From assembly GCA_903872035.1 (NCBI GenBank), contig CAIQIZ010000028.1:24038-88037 (forward strand): DNA of 64,000 nt, read 5' to 3'. Below the pieces are notes generated by a model that was not told the DNA's origin, searched no databases, and worked only from the letters and a program-made list of their open reading frames with translations. The stretch's first letter is position 1. Every line of letters begins with the position of its first letter. Shown here one piece after another: positions 19,298 to 27,313 of this stretch. A program made the position numbers and the translations under genes. Source of the stretch: an uncultured bacterium. Lineage in GTDB: Bacteria; Patescibacteriota; Minisyncoccia; Phycocordibacterales; PALSA-1337.

Positions 19298-20629
19298 TTA
19301 GTGTGAAGCGGAGAGATCATACGACCAGAAGCTTAGGTCGTTTTTGTTCATGAAGAATAGATAACCATCTTGGGGATCGAGTTTCAGGTTGAAAGCGTCG
19401 ATGACACGGTCGCTCTTGTCGACGATGGTAGAGACAAGGTTGATCTCACCGGTGCCTGCGTTCAACTTCCAGATCTTGTCGATCGTTGAAAGTGTTCCAG
19501 TATACCAATCGTCAGGATAGGTTCCGGAAACGGGTTGTGACGGCACGGCGCAGTAAACGCTATTCATATTGAGATTACCCCAAGCGCATTTGTCGGCCAA
19601 AGTACGGAATACGGCGCTGGAGAAGCTACCGGAAGAGACGGTATATATAGCGGTGTCGACGTTCTGATCATTGTTAGCCGAGGAGGCGAGCACGTAATGT
19701 GCGTCATGACTGGTTCTGGTGCTGAGGCCAGCGATCGGACCAAGGATCTTCTTCCAGATACCAGTCTTGGTGTTCACGAAGTACAAGTATCCCGGCTGAC
19801 CAGCAGAACCTTTGGTAGTAATGGCGATGGTATTGGTTTCCGTCCACTCGACGTTAACTTGAATAAGCGGGGTACTGAACAGTCTAGCCATGCTTGATCC
19901 ATCGAAATTCGAGATATATCCGACACCAGCACCGTTTTCATTGACGAGAGTGAACAACTTGTCTCCTTTTGGTGAGGCGGCGAAGGCTACGATATTATCT
20001 TGCAGGTTGTTGCCTTTCAATTGGAATGGAGTCGTTCCCACCGAGTTCTTGTTTGAGGCAGCTGCAGATGGGTCCTGGGCTTTAAGTTGGGCGTAAAGCG
20101 TGGTAGGTGTGTCGATCTTGCTGGAGAATATTGACCCGACGAAGGCGGTCAAATTCTTGTTCCAAACACTCTCATACATACGCGGAAGGATGGTATTGGA
20201 AAGAGTCGCGACTGTTTCCGAAGCGAGCGATAATTCGTAGACGTTTCCTCTTCCTCGGTCTATCCAACGGACTATCGTTGTTGAGGCGCTGGTGCTAGCC
20301 GAATATCCGCCTACTGGGGTTCCGCTTATCATGCGCAAAGTCGCGATCCTGACGGTTGATGGTTGAATAGAAACCGGAGTGTTGCTCAAGCTTGAAGGAG
20401 TCGAGCTTCCAGTTCGATTCGTTGAATTCGAATTGAGTGGAGCGAAACCGCTAACTGATTGTTGGCCCGGAGAGGTCAGAGCCACGGTCGGTTTCCCTGC
20501 CCCGTAGAAAAAGAAGTACCAATAGGCCAAGCCGGCGAGGACAAGGCAAGTGATGATCGCGATTGGAATTACAAGGGATTTGTTCATGGAAGGTTTACTT
20601 CTTGCAAGCTGGGTCATTGGGCGCGCCAA
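19298..20629 (-). CDS. Membrane-anchored hypothetical protein with a beta-rich (propeller-like) extracytoplasmic domain
   Basis: N-terminal TM helix; start may be the internal MNKSLV. Last gene of the minus-strand T4SS-like block. Confidence 0.45.
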   Translation of the reverse strand: MARPMTQLARSKPSMNKSLVIPIAIITCLVLAGLAYWYFFFYGAGKPTVALTSPGQQSVSGFAPLNSNSTNRTGSSTPSSLSNTPVSIQPSTVRIATLRMISGTPVGGYSASTSASTTIVRWIDRGRGNVYELSLASETVATLSNTILPRMYESVWNKNLTAFVGSIFSSKIDTPTTLYAQLKAQDPSAAASNKNSVGTTPFQLKGNNLQDNIVAFAASPKGDKLFTLVNENGAGVGYISNFDGSSMARLFSTPLIQVNVEWTETNTIAITTKGSAGQPGYLYFVNTKTGIWKKILGPIAGLSTRTSHDAHYVLASSANNDQNVDTAIYTVSSGSFSSAVFRTLADKCAWGNLNMNSVYCAVPSQPVSGTYPDDWYTGTLSTIDKIWKLNAGTGEINLVSTIVDKSDRVIDAFNLKLDPQDGYLFFMNKNDLSFWSYDLSASH

Positions 20630-21788
20630 AGTTTGGGTTGCACAGCTTGGCCATTGTAGTGGTAATACTGGCTTGCAGCTTAGCCTTATTTGGATCGTCA
20701 GCTGACATATTATTCAATATACCATTAATAACTTGTGAATTTACTTGTTTGATTCCATCGACAGGCGCATTTTGGAGTATGCTGTCTTGCAGCAGTAATT
20801 GACCATAATTATAATAGTAGGTGCTGTCTAGTTTCTTGATGTTATCTGGGGTATCGGCTCCAAGCAATTGAAGATTTTGGAGCCCTTCGTTATAGGCTTT
20901 ATTAACATTATCCTCATTGTTTCTTACGTCCTGCAATGTTTTTGTTTGAGTAACTGAGTCCCCCGATGAGTTAAAGTTGTTTGAGTTTCCCCCATTCATT
21001 TGAGCGCTTATTTCAGTTTGCGCAGTCAAGATAGTAGCTGCCGCCTGCGCATCTGCTATCTGGTTGGTGGTGTCTTGAATTTTGGCATTTACAGAAGCCA
21101 GACGTGGATCAGTGTCGCTAACGCCCTCAGAGTATAGTAATTCGTTTTGTTGGGCTTTTAAGCTCGTCAAATTTTGTTGAAGCGATGTTACTGTTGCCTT
21201 TTCTTGCGTCATTTGTTGTCCGTACTCGGAAGTTTGTGCATTATAGGCCTTTGCATCTTGAGTGAGTTGATCAAAAAAGTCTATTGTAACAGGTTGGGTT
21301 AGGTTAGGTTTCAATTGTGTTGACAATTGTGGTACCAATGTTGAAGGTATATTCACGAACGCTGGATTGATGGCGCCCAAGATTAGATATGAGCATAGTA
21401 CCAGAAGGAGGCCGATCAAGGCGTTCTGGACCTTTTTTATCCCGTCGCCCTTGCCTTGGAATGAGCCAGTGGTCATGTATTCAAGCCCGCCGTAAACGAT
21501 CATGAAGACCGCTGCCACAGCCGCTAAAGCGATGAGAAGATTCATGGCGTATAGAACGTACTGCTGAAACGATACGGTAGTTACGGTTGAACCTTGGGCA
21601 CAACCACCAGAAACCGATACTACACAAGGAAAAGGAGCAAGCAACTCATAATCTTTTGGCGCCATGGTGGCCGAATCGGCTGCCATCGTTTGGGGAGTCG
21701 CTGGAATTATCAGAATGCAGGTGGATAATATACAGCTGCACGCGGCGATGGCGATTACCTTTTTCAGTGATGAATATGAAAATCTCAT
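20595..21788 (-). CDS. VirB2/TrbC-like pilin domain fused to a long Q/N/T-rich coiled-coil tail
   Basis: Long signal peptide, then two hydrophobic helices separated by a short loop (LIALAAVAAVFMIVYGG...ALIGLLLVLCSYLILGA), typical of T4SS pilins. About 250 extra C-terminal residues. Confidence 0.4.
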   Translation of the reverse strand: MRFSYSSLKKVIAIAACSCILSTCILIIPATPQTMAADSATMAPKDYELLAPFPCVVSVSGGCAQGSTVTTVSFQQYVLYAMNLLIALAAVAAVFMIVYGGLEYMTTGSFQGKGDGIKKVQNALIGLLLVLCSYLILGAINPAFVNIPSTLVPQLSTQLKPNLTQPVTIDFFDQLTQDAKAYNAQTSEYGQQMTQEKATVTSLQQNLTSLKAQQNELLYSEGVSDTDPRLASVNAKIQDTTNQIADAQAAATILTAQTEISAQMNGGNSNNFNSSGDSVTQTKTLQDVRNNEDNVNKAYNEGLQNLQLLGADTPDNIKKLDSTYYYNYGQLLLQDSILQNAPVDGIKQVNSQVINGILNNMSADDPNKAKLQASITTTMAKLCNPNFGAPNDPACKK

Positions 21789-21792
21789 GGTA

Positions 21793-22836
21793 TTAATTGG
21801 TTATTGATGGCGCAGCATTTGAAGACGCTGCAGTGAACATGGCTGTAAAACCGGAATTGGCGCTCTGGAGGATCTGCTTATTGTTGGCGATACTCAAGGT
21901 GATATTAGAAGCTCCCGCTGTTCCTACGGGCGCACGCAAGATAACGGAATCATTTGTAGTCAATTCTGGATGCGCGACGTTGTTGATAAGCCAAGAAAAA
22001 GAAAGATCTCCAGATTTATTGGCCGGTTTATTGAAACCGTAAGGAATGGCTAGAATGTTGGCTTCCCTTTGCGAACCGATGCGATACGAAGAGTTGATAG
22101 CCAAGTTGAAGAGCGGACCATAGAGAGGATCGTTTATGTAAAAAGTGATCGAAGGCGATTGGGGGGTTATTGTGATCATGCTTTCAGCTTGGCCGGAGCC
22201 TGTGCGCGGTGTCACGTTCACGGACAGGTCATATGCTCGAGGGACTATATCCCCCACTAACATGATCGACTGTTTTCCATAACCAGACTGGTCTCCGAGG
22301 ATTTGGTTATTCTTGCTCCATTGGTAGATGAGAGTTTTTGGGTCGTATTCAACACCATCTGAATTGGCGATATGAGGAACAGCGACCACAGTAACGGAAT
22401 TTTGATAAACAACGGGCGCTTTTCCTCGGAAGGAAGGTGGCACGTAACCATCTGTTTCAGTTACTAGGTCGACCGAACCTGAACCGATCACGGTGCTTCC
22501 GGTGGTTGTTTGGCCATTATTCGTGACCATTGTGACTTTTATATTCAGTTTTTTACCGAGAGCTGGGGCGGTCACTGTGAGAGTCGTAAGACCGTTGCCG
22601 CTTTGAGCCACTTTACCATTGACCGACCAAGTAATCTTCGATGAATCGATACTGGCACTATAGCTCGCTGCTGTGATCGTTATTTGTTGTCCAGGTGCTG
22701 GATTTTCCGATGAAACCGAGAGGGTGACACCGCCGGATGAGGGAACACTTTGGGCGTGCGAGCAAGGAGCAAGAAGGAAGGAGCAAGAAGCGAGGAGGAC
22801 GCCGGCGGATACGATTGATAGAAAATGACGATTCAT
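21793..22836 (-). CDS. Secreted beta-rich hypothetical protein
   Basis: Signal peptide MNRHFLSIVSAGVLLASCSFLLAPCSHAQ, Thr/Ser-rich. Confidence 0.5.
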   Translation of the reverse strand: MNRHFLSIVSAGVLLASCSFLLAPCSHAQSVPSSGGVTLSVSSENPAPGQQITITAASYSASIDSSKITWSVNGKVAQSGNGLTTLTVTAPALGKKLNIKVTMVTNNGQTTTGSTVIGSGSVDLVTETDGYVPPSFRGKAPVVYQNSVTVVAVPHIANSDGVEYDPKTLIYQWSKNNQILGDQSGYGKQSIMLVGDIVPRAYDLSVNVTPRTGSGQAESMITITPQSPSITFYINDPLYGPLFNLAINSSYRIGSQREANILAIPYGFNKPANKSGDLSFSWLINNVAHPELTTNDSVILRAPVGTAGASNITLSIANNKQILQSANSGFTAMFTAASSNAAPSITN

Positions 22837-22897
22837 CAGTGTCTATTTTAACATGAATTAGTCGGATGGAATGAAGAGTTATCACCATTTGGAAACT

Positions 22898-23443
22898 TTA
22901 TGCAGAGAATGATGACTCGGCATTTTTTACCGATTTTCCAATCGTAGGTCCTGTTGCTTGTATATGGCCTCTAGGTCTTCCGACACCATCTACGTAGAAT
23001 CTAGAGGATTCGCTTGGTTGAAGCTGTTCGGTCCTAGCTCTACCCACACCATCCTCGACATATTTACGAGCCATTCCGGCCTGCAAAAATTCCTCCTGCT
23101 CCCGCTCAGCGTTCATTTGAGCCTCCTCTTTTTTTACATCGCTATGAATGTACCAGACATCCAAAATCCACAGCTGCGCTATTCCGCCGGTAACTGCGGA
23201 CAGCGCCTCCATACCAACTAAAGATGCTAATCGACTCGGGTGTTGGACGAGAGAGACCTTTTTTCCGAACTGGATCCACAGAGCAATGATGACACCGACG
23301 ATGGGATCCAAAATTTCATTTATTGCCACTCCAATACCAAAGACCCAGACGAGGATGCATTCGATGATGACGAACTGTATGAAGTCCATTCCGCCAGCAA
23401 AGAGATACAATAAAAACCAGCCTTTTGATTTGGGTTTTGCCAT
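22898..23443 (-). CDS. Small membrane protein with an internal YV(E/D)GVGR repeat
   Basis: Two TM helices followed by a charged tail. Confidence 0.45.
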   Translation of the reverse strand: MAKPKSKGWFLLYLFAGGMDFIQFVIIECILVWVFGIGVAINEILDPIVGVIIALWIQFGKKVSLVQHPSRLASLVGMEALSAVTGGIAQLWILDVWYIHSDVKKEEAQMNAEREQEEFLQAGMARKYVEDGVGRARTEQLQPSESSRFYVDGVGRPRGHIQATGPTIGKSVKNAESSFSA

Positions 23444-23473
23444 TGCGTTTCAATTATAACAGAAAGCATCCCC

Positions 23474-25288
23474 TTACTGCCCTGCTGCCTCGAGATCCTT
23501 CTTGGCTTTCTCGATCTGCATGACTTGAGCTGGATTTGTGGTGATGATCTGATCCTCTGTATAGGAGGCGACGATCTTGATGGCTACGTGTTTCAAGCCG
23601 ACGAAGAACATGCCTTCCCCGACATCTGATTCGAGCAACAAGTATTTCTCTTCGTCTGTTAAGTTGAATGTTTGCTGGATGTGATCGATTACGGTTGGCG
23701 ATTGTTTGAGCAGGATCTGAATTGAAGAGTTGGTAAGAATCGGCAAACCATAGGGAGATTTCAAGAAGTCATCCACGTCTTGGGTTATTGTCGCCAAGCC
23801 AAGGTAATATTTACGGCCACGTTTTGCCAATCCGAATAGGAATGAGGCCGTATCTTCGGATTTCATCATCCACCAAGCCTCATCGATGACTAGGAGCCTC
23901 TTCTTCCTGATCTTGCGCACGGCATTCCATATGAAGTGGGTGACTATATACATGGCTACCGGCTTGAGCTCGTCTTCCATGTCGCGGAGAGAGAAGACAA
24001 CGAACTTCTTGTTGATGTCCACGTTTGAAGGTCTGTTGATGAAGCCGGACCAGGTTCCTTTGGTGTACTTGGTCAATCTTTGTACTAATGATTCACCACC
24101 TTCCATTCCAGCTAGGACGAGCTCGAAGTCAGACAAAAGAGGCGGTTCGACTGTGCGAAAGTCGGATTCTGGAGATATATCCTTGAGCGCATATGTTTCG
24201 GTGATGGCACGATCGATGATAGCGTCCTCTTCTTGGGACAGGCCGCCCAACATGATACGGAAGAGGCCGACCAAGTTGATGATGTTAGATCGTAATACGT
24301 CCGCTGCCGATTCATCTTCGGCTGGTATAGGTAGATCGAATGGGTTGATATGGTGCTCAGAATTCAGAGAGATGTTGAAATACTTCCCTCCTGTAGCTTC
24401 CGACATGTATTCATATTCTTTTTCCGGATCGATGACGATCACATCGGTATCGAACATCAAAGTCCGAAGAATCTCCAGCTTTGTGCAGTATGATTTACCG
24501 GCACCAGCCACGGCGAACGTCACAGAATTGTAGTTTTCAAGAAGGTATCGGTCGAAAAGGACCAGCGATGAATTGTGGCGATTTATTCCATAAAGTATTC
24601 CTTTATCTGAAGTGAGGTCGAAAGAGACGAACGGGAATAGCGACGAGAGTGGCGAGGAGTTCAGCTTGGAATGTACCGCCAATTGGTCGTCGGCTATAGG
24701 AATGACTGATTTGAAGCCTTGTTCTTGTTGGAAAAGGGCTGGTTTGACGTAAACAAGTTTCGATTCAAGAATGGACTTGATCTCTGATTCCAACTTGTCG
24801 AGATCGCCATCAGAATCGGCAAAGATCGTAATATATACGCCAACGTCGAAGAGATGTTCTTGCGCTTGCATCAATTGGTCACGGAGCGCTTCCAGGTCCT
24901 GATATGCAGTGTCTAGGCCAGGATCGCGGACCAAACCCTTCTCTTCTCTCCTGGATATCTGGCTTTGCACCTCGGCCACTTTCTTTTGGAAGTGTCGGAG
25001 AATCTTGGCTGTTTCGACTGGGTGGATGAAAATAGAGACATTGAAGACTTTATCTAGGTTGATGATAGGTGCGAACCAGCTTTCATCGAGGAAACGCGGG
25101 TAAGAAATGACAAATAGAGTGCGGCCGACCTTCTCGCCAAGATTCAATTCCTTCGGGCTAACTTTCAAGGCTGATGGTGCGATGACGTCCTTCAGCTCCA
25201 ATACGCCCGCTTGGTAGATCTCATTAGGAAGCACCGAAACGATGGGGGCTTCTGTTTTTTTGCCGAAGAGTTTGTTAAATATAGACAT
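23474..25288 (-). CDS. VirB4/TrbE/CagE-family type IV secretion ATPase
   Basis: 604 aa; Walker A VAGAGKS, Walker B VIDEAWWMM, overall VirB4 architecture. Confidence 0.8.
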   Translation of the reverse strand: MSIFNKLFGKKTEAPIVSVLPNEIYQAGVLELKDVIAPSALKVSPKELNLGEKVGRTLFVISYPRFLDESWFAPIINLDKVFNVSIFIHPVETAKILRHFQKKVAEVQSQISRREEKGLVRDPGLDTAYQDLEALRDQLMQAQEHLFDVGVYITIFADSDGDLDKLESEIKSILESKLVYVKPALFQQEQGFKSVIPIADDQLAVHSKLNSSPLSSLFPFVSFDLTSDKGILYGINRHNSSLVLFDRYLLENYNSVTFAVAGAGKSYCTKLEILRTLMFDTDVIVIDPEKEYEYMSEATGGKYFNISLNSEHHINPFDLPIPAEDESAADVLRSNIINLVGLFRIMLGGLSQEEDAIIDRAITETYALKDISPESDFRTVEPPLLSDFELVLAGMEGGESLVQRLTKYTKGTWSGFINRPSNVDINKKFVVFSLRDMEDELKPVAMYIVTHFIWNAVRKIRKKRLLVIDEAWWMMKSEDTASFLFGLAKRGRKYYLGLATITQDVDDFLKSPYGLPILTNSSIQILLKQSPTVIDHIQQTFNLTDEEKYLLLESDVGEGMFFVGLKHVAIKIVASYTEDQIITTNPAQVMQIEKAKKDLEAAGQ

Positions 25289-25292
25289 ATGT

Positions 25293-25985
25293 TTATGTGA
25301 TCTGGATAGGCTTCTCTGTTTCTCCCGGATTGAATAGCTTGTAATACAATTCGACCACTTCTTCTGTTCCCAATTCTGCAGCCCTGATGCCGCAGCGGAC
25401 CAAGCCTTGTTCGACTACCGATACCCTCTGCTCGAGTTGGCTACGGTATTCTTGGAATTGAGCATCGGCTGTTTCAGTTTGATTCTTTCCTTGATTTTTT
25501 CCTGGTAAGAATTTTGTCAGAGGATTGTTGCTGGCACTTATCATCGCCGGATCGTACGGAATGACCACAAAGAAGCTCTTGGACATGATATTGGTGCTTT
25601 CCACGAATGTCTTGATGAATTCGATATATTCGCGCACCTGGATCTTCATAAGCTCGGTTAACTGTTCCTTGTAGCGATCTTCCAGAAGAGCAATATACGG
25701 CCGTATGTCTAGCTTTTTTGACTGGATGAATATTTGGATGGAAAAATCTAGAGAGTTCACGAAATTCTGGAATTGCATGAGAATGGAACTCTGCTCATCC
25801 TGCGATTTCAAGGCAAAGTTGAGCGATGAAGCCAGGATGATGGAGCGCATGCCCCCATTTCTCAAGATGACCACGCCGTCGCGGATCTCCTGGATAGGCA
25901 CGAAGTTTTGGGTGGTTTGTGATTTGACGTTTTTTGCCATAGGAATTATCGCTGATTTACCGCTGATTCTTATTCGAATAGACAC
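25293..25985 (-). CDS. VirB4 N-terminal-domain-like protein, translationally coupled to VirB4
   Basis: Stop TAA, then ACAT, then the VirB4 ATG (4-nt gap). Core pattern PIQEIRDGVVILRNGG...FQNFVNSLDFSIQIFIQSKKLD resembles the non-ATPase N-domain of VirB4-family proteins. Confidence 0.4.
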   Translation of the reverse strand: MSIRIRISGKSAIIPMAKNVKSQTTQNFVPIQEIRDGVVILRNGGMRSIILASSLNFALKSQDEQSSILMQFQNFVNSLDFSIQIFIQSKKLDIRPYIALLEDRYKEQLTELMKIQVREYIEFIKTFVESTNIMSKSFFVVIPYDPAMISASNNPLTKFLPGKNQGKNQTETADAQFQEYRSQLEQRVSVVEQGLVRCGIRAAELGTEEVVELYYKLFNPGETEKPIQIT

Positions 25986-26391
25986 TCTCTTTGATATCCA
26001 AGCTCCAGGTCAGGTCTTTGAGCTTGCTGTCAGAGATCTTTGGAACCATGATAGAAGCGTAGCTCTTGACCTCATCGCCGGTCACTTCGGCTGATTTTTC
26101 TGGTATCTTCTCCTCTTTCTTCCATATATATAGCTTGTTCCCCCACCAATATTTGAATGCTGCCTCCATGACATTGACAAAGGGTTTGTTGTTGATTTTG
26201 TAGAAGGCTAAAGCAGCCGATAGCGCCATGATGGCGACGATGGGAATGAACGATAAGATGATGCTTTTCAAGAATACGTAGACTACGAAAGACAATCCTC
26301 CCCCGCCGACCAAGTATATGAATTGCTTCAAAGTGAGCGGTCCGAAGATCTTGTCTTCTACTTCGATGAATTGAGGTACTTGAAAACGCAT
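25957..26391 (-). CDS. PrgI/VirB3-like small T4SS membrane protein
   Basis: N-terminus MRFQVPQFIEVEDKIFGPLTLKQFIYL followed by two TM helices, matching the PrgI family pattern. Confidence 0.5.
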   Translation of the reverse strand: MRFQVPQFIEVEDKIFGPLTLKQFIYLVGGGGLSFVVYVFLKSIILSFIPIVAIMALSAALAFYKINNKPFVNVMEAAFKYWWGNKLYIWKKEEKIPEKSAEVTGDEVKSYASIMVPKISDSKLKDLTWSLDIKESVYSNKNQR

Positions 26392-26483
26392 TATGGCCTA
26401 ATTATAGCGTCAAGCGAGGATTTGTGGAAGCGAGCCTCCACAAAATACGAGCGGAGACGATATATGAGTGGAGCGAATATAGC
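26392..26483 (-). promoter_or_regulatory. Family-2 gene-upstream module: tandem-repeat box, hairpin, -10 TATAAT; promoter of the prgI-virB4 operon
   Basis: On the minus strand TATAAT lies 9 nt before the ATG at 26391. The conserved distal box is GCTATATTCGCTCCACTCATATATCGTCTCCGCTCG. The element fills the entire 92-nt intergenic gap. Confidence 0.5.
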
Positions 26484-27302
26484 TTAGCTGATCGATTCTT
26501 TGTATGGATCACCTGGTTTTGGATTGCTGACATCGATTTTCTTCGGAGTTTGTGGTGTTGGTGGTGGGACTGGCTTCGGTACGACAGGTTGTGGAGCGGC
26601 TGGAACTGGTGTGGTCGCATTTGGTATCGCTGCTATTGAAGGTTGGGAATCTTTTGGTACGGTAAGCGGAAGAGTGCCTTTTTGGTTAATCGGCGTTTGT
26701 GATTCTTCAATTTTCGGTGGATTTTCCAGGATGGACGGGCACGTTGTCGGGTCCTCTACGCCAGCCAATATCTTTGCTCTGTCTGCGACAGTAATCCCGC
26801 TACTGCTTTCCAATATGCTGCTCGGCCTATCGATGCTGAAATCGCCAGCTGTTTCTACAGATGACATGGTCGATTCAGCATGATCGTTTTCCAAAGGTTG
26901 CTCTAGAGCAGCGATGTCTTGCTGTCCAGTGTCGTTCGTTTGTTCGTCGATCGCTCGTGCAGCATCTTCAGATTTTTTAGATTTCTCCTCTATCTCTCGC
27001 ATCTGGGTCTTTATTGTCGAAAACACCTGACTATTTATATCAGTTGCGATCATTTGAGAAAGTTTTGCGTCGATGGATAGCCGATCAGAAAGGTCACTTA
27101 CAAATGTGGATGCTTTGGCGAAACCCAGTATCACTAGAACGACTTGATCGACAAGATCACCAACCTGATCGATCATCAGTTCATATTTTTTTCCAATGGC
27201 CTGGATCGTGTTCAGAACTTCTTGCGATGAAATTGCTTTCTGCAGTTCCTTCGGCAGTTTCTCGAATTGGGCCTGGATTTGTTCGGTGGTGTAGTCTTTC
27301 AT
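26484..27302 (-). CDS. Hypothetical protein with Pro-rich C-terminus
   Basis: 272 aa, within the T4SS-like block. Confidence 0.45.
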   Translation of the reverse strand: MKDYTTEQIQAQFEKLPKELQKAISSQEVLNTIQAIGKKYELMIDQVGDLVDQVVLVILGFAKASTFVSDLSDRLSIDAKLSQMIATDINSQVFSTIKTQMREIEEKSKKSEDAARAIDEQTNDTGQQDIAALEQPLENDHAESTMSSVETAGDFSIDRPSSILESSSGITVADRAKILAGVEDPTTCPSILENPPKIEESQTPINQKGTLPLTVPKDSQPSIAAIPNATTPVPAAPQPVVPKPVPPPTPQTPKKIDVSNPKPGDPYKESIS

Positions 27303-27313
27303 GTCATTGATTG

